From Candidatus Aldehydirespiratoraceae bacterium (GTDB lineage: Bacteria > Actinomycetota > Acidimicrobiia > Acidimicrobiales > Aldehydirespiratoraceae), in the NCBI GenBank assembly GCA_965261185.1, contig CBDHCN010000002.1:2878093-2942092 (forward strand): a stretch of DNA of 64,000 nucleotides, read 5' to 3'. A model generated the notes under the pieces. It ran no database searches. It saw nothing but the letters and a program-made list of their open reading frames with translations, and was not told where the DNA came from. How positions within the stretch are numbered: the first letter of the stretch is position 1; every line of letters starts with the position of its first letter. The position numbers and the translations under genes were made by a program. Below are positions 19,890 through 28,241 of the stretch, in pieces.

Positions 19890-20705
19890 ATGGACCGAGT
19901 CGACGTCAAGGGCCCCAATAGTCGTCGAGTCGTCGAGTTACGGCGACTCATTGACCGAGTCGGCGCGAATTCAGCGGAGATCGTGCTGGAGGGGGAGCGC
20001 ACCGTCGGCGAGGCACTTGATGCAGGGCTGCGGCTGATCACGGTCATTGTCCCGGAGAGCACAGCTAACAGTCTCACTGGCTCATCGCTTCGGAGTTCAA
20101 AGCTTGGGGCGCGCTTTGACGACACCGTTGAGATCTTGGTGGTCAGAGACAGAGTGTTTGAGCGTTTGGCACCATCGGTGACACCCCAACCGATGTTGGC
20201 TGTGGCTGCACGTCCACAAGCCTCGATCCCAACCAGTTTCGACGTCAATGGCTTCGCCTTGGTGCTGCTCGGGGTTGCTGATCCGGGCAATGTCGGCACG
20301 CTCATCCGGGTTGCCGATGCGACCGGTGCGGCCTGTGTCGTCGTAGCCGCCGGTGGTGCAGACCCGTGGCGTCCTAAGGCTGTTCGCTCCTCGGCCGGTT
20401 CGGTGTTGCGAGTGCCGGTCGTGAGCGGAGTTGATGCACCAACAACTTTGCGCCAGTTGCGCGCAGCCGGAGCCAGAATAGTGGCGACCGACGTGCGTGA
20501 GGGGGTTCCTCACGACAGTGGCGTGCTCCACGGTCCACTGGCGATTGTGCTCGGCTCTGAGTCCCACGGTCTTGACCGTTCCATTGATTCTCTTGTTGAT
20601 GATTGGGTCCGGATCGACATGGTTGGCAACACAGAATCGCTCAACGTCGCAATGGCCGGAACTCTGCTGGCCTACGAGGCCAGCAGGTCTGCGTCTTCGG
20701 GGTGA
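19890..20705 (+). CDS. TrmH/SpoU-family RNA 2'-O-methyltransferase
   Basis: LLGVADPGNVGTLIRVADA, IVLGSESHGL and ESLNVAMAGTLLAYE are present. Confidence 0.85.
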   Translation: MDRVDVKGPNSRRVVELRRLIDRVGANSAEIVLEGERTVGEALDAGLRLITVIVPESTANSLTGSSLRSSKLGARFDDTVEILVVRDRVFERLAPSVTPQPMLAVAARPQASIPTSFDVNGFALVLLGVADPGNVGTLIRVADATGAACVVVAAGGADPWRPKAVRSSAGSVLRVPVVSGVDAPTTLRQLRAAGARIVATDVREGVPHDSGVLHGPLAIVLGSESHGLDRSIDSLVDDWVRIDMVGNTESLNVAMAGTLLAYEASRSASSG

Positions 20706-20944
20706 TCACCGATGAAAGCGGCGGCGAATCCACACAGCGGCAGGATGGTTTTGTTGTTCGCCCGCAAGTCATCAAGCATGCCTCGCATTAGCTGGTCGGC
20801 CAAACCCTTACCTCGCATCGACGGGTCTGTTTCGACATGGGGGACCACCACGGTGGCGCCGTCGAGTTGGTAGTCAGCGATCGACACAATGCGGTCGTCG
20901 ACGATCAATTCATAGCGCTGGCGTGCTGGATTGTCCCGAACCAC
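20672..20944 (-). CDS. small GNAT-like (YjdJ-type) acetyltransferase-fold protein
   Basis: Only the C-terminal ~90 codons of ORF 20672..21142 look genuine (VRDNPARQRYELIVDD...HVETDPSMRGKGLADQLMRGMLDDLRANNKTILPLCGF). GTG at 20944 is the proposed start. Confidence 0.6.
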   Translation of the reverse strand: MVRDNPARQRYELIVDDRIVSIADYQLDGATVVVPHVETDPSMRGKGLADQLMRGMLDDLRANNKTILPLCGFAAAFIGDHPEDADLLAS

Positions 20945-21004
20945 GCTACAGAGTCTCCCAGAAATTTGGAGCCAAGGCGCGGGTGGACCTCGTAACCTGT
21001 TCGT

Positions 21005-22006
21005 TTGATGATAGAGACGCTCCGCCAGACCGCTATTGAAGCGCAGGCTCGACTGGCCGAAGTCGAAGACCTCGACGCGTTGGCAGAGCTTGATGTTGAG
21101 TTCTTGGGGAAGAAATCGGCGGTGACTCTGGCCAAACGGCAACTCGGGTCGCTAGCCCCAGAGCAACGCAGAACCACCGGACAAGCCGTCAACGAGATCC
21201 GAACTGAGATTGAAGCGGCGGTTGGGTTTGCCCGCGAGCGCCTAGCCCAGGCCGCTCGAACTCGCCAACTTGAGGCTGAACGGCTCGATCTCACGGAATT
21301 CCGCCAAAAGGCACGGCGCGGCTCGCTTCATCTTGTCACCCAATCCCGCGACAGACTCGAAGATGTCTTCGTAGGTATGGGTTTCACGGTTGCCGAAGGC
21401 CCCGAAGTTGAATCGGCTTGGTACAACTTCGAGGCTCTCAACATTCCTGAATGGCATCCAGCTCGAGGCAGTTTCGACACGATCTTCGTGGATTTAGGTG
21501 AGCCCGAAGAGGTAATGCTGCGCTCGCACACCTCGCCGGTTCAGATCCGCACGATGGAGAATCAAAAGCCACCTGTCTATATCGTCGCGCCGGGCAGGAC
21601 CTTCAGAACCGACACTGCCGACGCGACCCACCTCCCCGCCTTCAACCAGATTGAGGGTCTGGTAGTTGATAGGGGGATAACCATGGGTGACCTTGCGGGG
21701 ACTATCGACGAGTTCGTACACACCTTTTTTGGTGGCGACGTGAAGAGCCGACTACGCCCTTCATATTTTCCGTTCACTGAACCAAGTGCCGAGTTCGATA
21801 TTTCCCGCGCCGATGGAACGTGGCTGGAACTGGGGGGATGCGGCATGGTGCATCCCAACGTTTTGCGCAACTGCGGCATCGATCCCGATGAGTGGCAAGG
21901 CTTCGCATTCGGTTTCGGCATTGATCGCTTAGCGGTGATGCGCCACGAACTCGACGATATTCGTGAACTGGTCAACAACGATGTTCGGTTTCTGAGGCAG
22001 TTCTGA
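21005..22006 (+). CDS. pheS: phenylalanine--tRNA ligase alpha subunit
   Basis: MLRSHTSPVQIR, FRTDTADATHLPAFNQIEG and PSYFPFTEPSAE are present. Confidence 0.96.
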   Translation: MMIETLRQTAIEAQARLAEVEDLDALAELDVEFLGKKSAVTLAKRQLGSLAPEQRRTTGQAVNEIRTEIEAAVGFARERLAQAARTRQLEAERLDLTEFRQKARRGSLHLVTQSRDRLEDVFVGMGFTVAEGPEVESAWYNFEALNIPEWHPARGSFDTIFVDLGEPEEVMLRSHTSPVQIRTMENQKPPVYIVAPGRTFRTDTADATHLPAFNQIEGLVVDRGITMGDLAGTIDEFVHTFFGGDVKSRLRPSYFPFTEPSAEFDISRADGTWLELGGCGMVHPNVLRNCGIDPDEWQGFAFGFGIDRLAVMRHELDDIRELVNNDVRFLRQF

Positions 22007-24501
22007 TGAAGGTGACATTGTCTTGGCTCCGCGAGTTCGCGCCTGGTATCGACGGTGATCCGGTCGACTTGAGCGAGACCTTGAGCGCGCTCGGCTTGAC
22101 CGTGGAAGACATGACCCTTATCGGCGACATCGTCGATGGGGTGGTACTGGCAAAGGTGCTCGATCTCAGGCCCCATCCCGCAGCCGACAAAATCCAACTC
22201 GTCGATGTGGATACCGGCGACGGAGAGGCGCGGCAGGTGTGTTGTGGAGCTTTCAACATGGCTGTCGGTGATCTGATTCCTTTCGCCACTCCGGGCACCG
22301 TCATGAGCAATGGCTTGAAGATCTTGCAGCGCAAGATGCGTGGTGAAGTGTCGTCTGGGATGTGTTGTTCTGGCGCTGAACTGGGTCTCAGCGATGACCA
22401 CGAGGGAATCCTCGTGCTCAACGACCGGGTGGTTCCCGAAGCTGAGCTGGGAATGGCTGTGGGGGCTGCTATCGGCTTGGAACCCGACGTGTTGTGGGAC
22501 CTCGAGGTGAACGCCAACCGTCCCGACGCCATGTCGGTAGCGGGAGTGGCGCGCGATCTAGCCGCCGCACTCGGTGTCGACTTCTCCTACCCGGATTACA
22601 GCGTTGCTGCTGACCACTGCTCGAGTGGTGGCTCCGCTAATAAAGACAGTGTTGACGAGCTGTTGACCGTTGAGATACTCGATCCGACACTGTGCGGCCG
22701 GTTCGTGGCGACTGTGTTGCGCGGCATAACTGTGGGGACTTCGCCACAGTGGCTTGCTGACCGGCTGATGTTGGCGGGAATGCGGCCGCTCAACTCGATC
22801 GTGGATATCTCCAACTACGTGATGCTCGAGTTGGGTCAACCCAACCACACTTTCGATCTGGCCACGATTCCCAATGGCCACCTGCGGGTGCGCCGGGCGG
22901 TACCCGGTGAGACGTTGACGACACTTGACGGTCTGGAACGTGAACTCATCGCCAACGACGGGGTGATTACCAACAACTCAGACGAGATAATCAGCTTGGC
23001 TGGGGTGATGGGCGGCGCTACCACCGAGATCTCCGATCAGACGACCGATGTGCTGTTGGAGATGGCGTGGTGGGACCCGCCGACGATCTCGCGCACTGTC
23101 AAACGGCTCAATCTTGTGAGCGAGGCTTCGAGCAGGTTCCGACGTGGCGCCGATTGGGGCGAGAATGTTGATCGCTCAATGCAGCGCTTCATCCAACTCG
23201 CTTCGGAACTCGGAGCGACCGCGGTACCCGGATACGTCGACGTGTCGGGCAACACCCCTGATCGAACACCGCTCAACGTTCGCAGCGCCAAGATCAACGG
23301 GTTACTCGGCACTGACCTGAGTGCGTCCGAGATGGCGGGGTATCTGTCTTCCATCGGTTTCGGTGCCGATGTTGTTGTGTCTGATAGCGGCACTGAGGAC
23401 CTGGCCGTGACGATTCCCACCTGGCGCTGGGACACCGAAACCGAAACTGACGTAGCCGAGGAGGTGGCACGCCTGCACGGTTACGAGAACATCGTGAGAA
23501 CGGTGCCTAGAGGGGAACTTCCCGGAGGTCTCAGTGATTACCAAGTTCGTCGTCGTTTGGTCAGGCAGGTTCTCGTCGGATGTGGATGTGACGAAACCTT
23601 CCCCATGCCGTTCCTGGCACCCGGCGACTTGTTGAAAGCGGGCCTCGCCGACAATGGGGTGACTTTGTCCAACCCTCTGGTTGCCGAGCAGTCTGTCCTG
23701 CGCACCTCGCTGCTTCCTGGTCAGCTCAAAGCGATTGCCTACAACCAGTCTCGTCGCAGCGCTGACGTGCGCCTTTTCGAAATCGATCACGTTTATCTGC
23801 CACCCCCGGGAGAGCAGGCACTCCTCATCATCGCGGCCTACGGCAAACCCATCAACTCATTCCATCGCGATATCGATCCGTCGCCTTCGAGAGATCAGTT
23901 ACTCCCTGACGAACGCGAGTACCTTGCGGTTGCGCTGGCTGGATCCGAAGCACCGGATGCGGTGGCGGTGCTTGATCTGTTGGAGAGGGCGTTGGGTCTG
24001 CCGAACGTTGTCCTGCGTTCGGCCTCGCCCCCCGGTCTGCATGCCACTCGTTCGGCTGAAGTGACCGTTGCAGGACGCGTAAGGGGAGTGGTCGGCGAGG
24101 TCGACCCGGTTGTGCTCGACAACTATGGCGTCGCGGGGAGAGTGGCGTGGCTCGAATTGGACTTGGGTGAACTGCTCGGTGGCCCTCGAAGCAATCGCAA
24201 GTACAGCCCTGTGTCGAAGTACCCGTCGAGCGATATCGATCTGGCTTTCGAAGTGCCCGATGAGGTGGCTGCCGCGGCAGTTGAGAGTTCGCTACGCAAA
24301 GCGGGCCGAACGTTGCTGACCGACATCGAGTTGTTCGACGTGTACCGCGGTGAGGGTTTGCCCACGGGTACGCGGAGTCTGGCTTATCGTCTGCGGCTCC
24401 AGGCTCACGATCGCACCTTGACTGATGCCGAGGTGGCTGATGTTCGTCAAGCGTGCATCGATGCGGTGGCCCAACGCCACGGCGTGTCTCTGCGCAGCTG
24501 A
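22006..24501 (+). CDS. pheT: phenylalanine--tRNA ligase beta subunit
   Basis: 831 aa. The N-terminal tRNA-binding domain is present (MKVTLSWLREF...HPAADKIQLVDVD), together with B3/4, B5 and FDX-ACB regions. The start overlaps the pheS stop. Confidence 0.96.
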   Translation: MKVTLSWLREFAPGIDGDPVDLSETLSALGLTVEDMTLIGDIVDGVVLAKVLDLRPHPAADKIQLVDVDTGDGEARQVCCGAFNMAVGDLIPFATPGTVMSNGLKILQRKMRGEVSSGMCCSGAELGLSDDHEGILVLNDRVVPEAELGMAVGAAIGLEPDVLWDLEVNANRPDAMSVAGVARDLAAALGVDFSYPDYSVAADHCSSGGSANKDSVDELLTVEILDPTLCGRFVATVLRGITVGTSPQWLADRLMLAGMRPLNSIVDISNYVMLELGQPNHTFDLATIPNGHLRVRRAVPGETLTTLDGLERELIANDGVITNNSDEIISLAGVMGGATTEISDQTTDVLLEMAWWDPPTISRTVKRLNLVSEASSRFRRGADWGENVDRSMQRFIQLASELGATAVPGYVDVSGNTPDRTPLNVRSAKINGLLGTDLSASEMAGYLSSIGFGADVVVSDSGTEDLAVTIPTWRWDTETETDVAEEVARLHGYENIVRTVPRGELPGGLSDYQVRRRLVRQVLVGCGCDETFPMPFLAPGDLLKAGLADNGVTLSNPLVAEQSVLRTSLLPGQLKAIAYNQSRRSADVRLFEIDHVYLPPPGEQALLIIAAYGKPINSFHRDIDPSPSRDQLLPDEREYLAVALAGSEAPDAVAVLDLLERALGLPNVVLRSASPPGLHATRSAEVTVAGRVRGVVGEVDPVVLDNYGVAGRVAWLELDLGELLGGPRSNRKYSPVSKYPSSDIDLAFEVPDEVAAAAVESSLRKAGRTLLTDIELFDVYRGEGLPTGTRSLAYRLRLQAHDRTLTDAEVADVRQACIDAVAQRHGVSLRS

Positions 24502-24519
24502 TTCACCTAGGAAGCCCAC

Positions 24520-25564
24520 ATGACGGAAAAATCTCAGTTGATGGATTCTCTTTTGCACAGGTTCAGACGACGTTATGACGTGCCTGCGGTGGGTGCGGCG
24601 TTCGTGGATGACGAAGGCACTCGTATGGCGAACACTATGGGAGTGCGAGCGCGTGGATCCGATAACAACGTTCTGTTGTCCGACAAGTGGCATATCGGAT
24701 CCTGCACCAAGACAATGACGGCGGTCCTCTGGGCGAGGTTGGTGGACTCGGGTAGCGCTCAATGGGACACGCCATTGCCTGAGATTTTTAGAGATCTCAA
24801 CAGCGTCGACGGCAGATGGGGAGAGCTGACGATACGCGACCTTCTGAACTGTCGGGCCGGCATTCCCGCCAACATTGACTGGACCCGCTTTGAATCGGCG
24901 CGCAAAGATATGCGTCCACTACCTGAACAACGCACGGATCTCGCCGCGGAGGCGCTTGGGGCCGCCCCCCCAAAACCCTGGTGAGTATTGCTACTCGAAC
25001 TTGAGCTACATCATCTTGGGCGCGGCCATTGATCGAGTCTCGAAAACCAGTTTCGAGGAAGCGGTGCTCAGCCGACTCTCGGGACCGCTGGGCGTCCGTT
25101 CTGTCGGTTATGGTGCGCCTGCGGAGATATGCGGTCACGGTGCCAAGATGAACGTGGGGGGCATCGGGGTGCGGAAGGGACCACCCGCGAAACCGGCGAC
25201 CGCCGACAGCGACAATCCTGCGGTGTTCTCTTCGGCGGGTTCTATGCATGTGGCGCTCGAAGACTGGATGACCCTGCTCAGCATCTTTGTCTCGAGTACG
25301 AAGACCGGGTTCTTGAGCGAAGAGTCGATGGCAGAGATATTCCGCGTTCCCGAGCCGGGCAGCGACAGTATGGCGATGGGATGGATCAAGGCCCGAGGCT
25401 CCCTTGCCTCCTACATCATGCAAGGATCGAACACGCTGTGGTCGGCTACTTCGGTGTTGGATCGAGACCGCAAGAGATGTGTGATGATCGTATGCAACGA
25501 TGGGCGTGAGCGAGTGCTGAACCGATCAGCGTCATTGGCGACGCATATGTTGACCGCGCTCTGA
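24520..25564 (+). pseudogene. serine hydrolase (beta-lactamase/transpeptidase-like), interrupted by a +1 frameshift in a C7 run
   Basis: The first piece carries SxxK (GSCTKTMTA). The second piece, in the +1 frame, carries YxN (YCYSNLSY). The frames overlap at 24875-24984, with a run of seven C at 24965-24971. Confidence 0.65.
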
Positions 25565-25584
25565 GCGGATCAAGCAATCGGACC

Positions 25585-25670
25585 ATCAGTTAGTCACCGT
25601 CGCAATAGCGCTAGACCTCCTAACGTATTCTTGCTAACATGTAACTGATTTGCTGGGGGGAATCAGTTGA
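25585..25670 (+). promoter_or_regulatory. three copies of ATCAGTT(A) in inverted arrangement spanning the RBS/start of the aminotransferase
   Basis: atcagtta is at 25585-25592, taactgat at 25642-25649 and atcagtt at 25662-25668. The last overlaps the TTG start at 25667, and the G-rich SD lies between copies 2 and 3. Confidence 0.3.
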
Positions 25671-27037
25671 CCGAGATTAGAGCCGAGGCCCGGGCCCACT
25701 TGGTGCCGCATTTTACGCGTGGCGATGCTTGGCAACGCGACGACCTGCTCGTAATCGAACGAGGTGAAGGCTGTTACGTCACAGACACCGAGGGCAACGA
25801 ATACCTGGACGGGCTCTCCGGGTTGTTCTGCACCAACCTCGGCCACGGTCGCAGTGATCTGACCGCGGTTGCGGCCAAGCAGATGGACAAATTGGCTTTC
25901 AGCCCCAACTGGAGTTTCGCCCACCCTTCGTCCATCGAGGCATCGTCTCTGATCGCGTCGGTTGCTCCCGCAGACCTCAACCGAGTGTTCTTCGTGAACT
26001 CTGGCTCAGAGGCGGTTGAATCAGCTCTCAAGTTTGCTCGCTGCTACCACTTGGCGAACGGCGCTGAGAGTCGCCAAAAGGTGATAGCTCGCCGTTGGGC
26101 CTACCACGGCACCACCCTGGGTGCGCTGACCGTGACCGGCATTCCCAGCTTCCGCGATCCGTTCGAGCCGATGCTCGCCGGGTTCGTGCGCCATGTAGAC
26201 AACACACTCGGCTGTTCTGGCGAAGGCGTACCTGCCTCTGAACTGCCGTGTGTAAAAGCCGTCGAGCAGGCGATCCTCGCCGAGGGCCCTGAGACGGTGG
26301 CCATGGTGATTGCCGAACCAGTACAGAACGGCAGGGGAGCACTGGTCCCGCCCGATGGCTATTGGCAAGAACTGCGCCGCATCTGCGACACCTACGGCGT
26401 GCTGCTCTGCGCAGATGAGGTGATCAACTCGTTCGGACGCCTCGGTCACTGGTTCGGCAGCGAGCGTTATGGCGTCGTGCCGGACATGATCACCTTCGCC
26501 AAGGGTGTCACCAGCGGATACGTGCCTCTGGGAGGTTTGCTTGTACGTGACTCGCTGGTGGATCGGGTGTGGGACTCGCCCGCTGCGATGTTCGTCCACG
26601 GGGCCACGTTCGGTGGTCACCCAGTGGCCACAGCGGTAGCGGTGGCCAACATGACCGCCATGCGCGACGAGAAAGTGTTCGACCGCGTTTTGGCAAACGA
26701 GGACCGCCTCAAGAACGGCTTGCGCGCGCTGATGGAATCCCATCGTTGTGTCAAAGACGTGCGGGGCGCCGGGTACTTCCATGCCGTGGAACTGATGCGT
26801 GACCGCCGTAGCGGTTTGGACCTCACTGACAACGAGTTCGCCGAATTACTACCGGGCGGAGTGCTGGAACGATTTGTGCGTGAGGCGGGCGTTCTGGTCC
26901 GGCCCGACTCTAGAGGTGCCGCCATGCTGGCTGTGGCGCCGCCGTTGGTGGCAGACACCACCGTGATCGACGACCTGCTCAAGCGGGTCGACCAAGTGCT
27001 CGACCGCGTGGGCGGTTGGCTGAAGGCCTCAACATGA
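25667..27037 (+). CDS. class III (omega) aminotransferase; candidate taurine:pyruvate aminotransferase by context
   Basis: 456 aa with FFVNSGSEAVESALK, LCADEVINSFGRLG and TFAKGVTSGYVPLGG (PLP lysine region). Its neighbours are tauABC-like, pta and xsc-like genes. Confidence 0.85.
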   Translation: MTEIRAEARAHLVPHFTRGDAWQRDDLLVIERGEGCYVTDTEGNEYLDGLSGLFCTNLGHGRSDLTAVAAKQMDKLAFSPNWSFAHPSSIEASSLIASVAPADLNRVFFVNSGSEAVESALKFARCYHLANGAESRQKVIARRWAYHGTTLGALTVTGIPSFRDPFEPMLAGFVRHVDNTLGCSGEGVPASELPCVKAVEQAILAEGPETVAMVIAEPVQNGRGALVPPDGYWQELRRICDTYGVLLCADEVINSFGRLGHWFGSERYGVVPDMITFAKGVTSGYVPLGGLLVRDSLVDRVWDSPAAMFVHGATFGGHPVATAVAVANMTAMRDEKVFDRVLANEDRLKNGLRALMESHRCVKDVRGAGYFHAVELMRDRRSGLDLTDNEFAELLPGGVLERFVREAGVLVRPDSRGAAMLAVAPPLVADTTVIDDLLKRVDQVLDRVGGWLKAST

Positions 27038-27068
27038 GGTTACAGAATATCCATTGGAGGGTAATCAA

Positions 27069-28119
27069 ATGAAGAGACTACTAGTATTGTTTATGGTACT
27101 CGGCCTTGTAGCCGCGGCCTGCGGGGACGATGACTCGTCCGACGACGGCGACGACGGCGGCACAACAACTCCCGAAGAAGTCGGTGATGATGGAGACGAT
27201 GGCGAGATGGCCCTTGATGAGTTGAATGTGGCGTATTTCTTGGAATGGCCGACGGCAAATCAGGTGGCGCAGGCCGAACAGACCTACGACGCTGAACTGG
27301 TTCCCGTTCGCATCGGGTGGTGACATGGCTCAGGCGATGGAGTCCGGCGACATCGACATCTCTTATTCGCAGGGTTTGACGCCGTTCGCGAACTTCGTGA
27401 CCGGTGGGTCTGACCTGTTGTTGGTTGGGGTGGCGGTGACATATGCCGATGCCGACAACTGCGTCGCCGGTGCGGATTACGGCGTCACTGCTGACAACGC
27501 CGCGGAGACGCTGGCTGGTCAGAGCATCTATACGCCTTTGGGCAACGTCACGCATTTCAAGTTGTTGAAGATGCTTGAGCATCTCGGAGTGGACACTTCG
27601 TCTGTGGAGTTGATCCAGTCCGAGGGTGGTCCGGCTGCTGTTGCGGCTTTGGACTCCGGTGATGTTGCCATGGCTTGTGCGTTCGGTGGAGCGGTCAACC
27701 AGATGCTCGCCAATGGCGGGAATCTGGTGATGACCGGTTCGGAACAGGAGGCCATCGGCATTCGTGTGTTCGACATCATCTCGACCACCGGCGACTTCGC
27801 TGAGCAGTACCCAGGTGTGGTGACAGCCTTCTTGCAGGTGACCGAGGACGCCAACCGGGCTTACAACGCGGATCGGTCGGCGTTCATCGACACCATCGCT
27901 GAGGCGGCCGGAATGGAGCGCCAACCCACGATTGCCTTGCTTGACGCATTTGCTTTCCCCGAAAAGGAAGCGCAGCTGTCTGAGGCATGGCTGGGTGGCA
28001 CGGTGCAGTCCACCATGAAGGAGCAGATGGACTTCTTTGTGGCCCAGGGAGAAATCGAATCAGCTCTGGCCAGCTACGACGCCTTCGTCGACACCAGCTT
28101 CCTCGAAGCCGTCGAATAG
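27069..28119 (+). pseudogene. NitT/TauT-family ABC substrate-binding lipoprotein (TauA-like), frameshifted near 27288-27300
   Basis: A signal peptide and lipobox are present (MKRLLVLFMVLGLVAAAC). The first piece ends ...AEQTYDAELVPVRIGW*. The homologous continuation NWFPFASGGDMAQAMESGDIDISYSQG lies in the +1 frame (ORF 27226..28119). Confidence 0.6.
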
Positions 28120-28136
28120 AAACCTCCTGACCACTG

Positions 28137-28182
28137 CCGGGCGGCCGTAGTCAACAGCGACCCGTTGACTACGGTTGCCCGG
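28137..28182 (+). other. long intercistronic stem-loop after the SBP gene
   Basis: The sequence is ccgggc-gg-ccgtagtcaac-[agcgaccc]-gttgactacgg-tt-gcccgg. This gives 17 bp with one internal loop. No T-tract follows. Confidence 0.5.
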
Positions 28183-28241
28183 CGATGGTCAGCTAAGCAA
28201 TAATCGCTGCGAGGCCCGCCTCGGGCACAAAGGGGGATTAC

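Noticed and set aside
20945-21142. N-terminal 66 codons of minus ORF 20672..21142
   Set aside because: They overlap the pheS start and upstream region and show no family signal. The GNAT-like domain begins at GTG 20944.
24982-24984. TGA ending the first serine-hydrolase piece (and TGA 27321-27323 in the TauA-like gene) as possible selenocysteine codons
   Set aside because: Read-through in the same frame gives nonsense. The conserved continuation is in the +1 frame in both cases, and neither TGA aligns with a redox Cys. These are frameshifts, not recoding.
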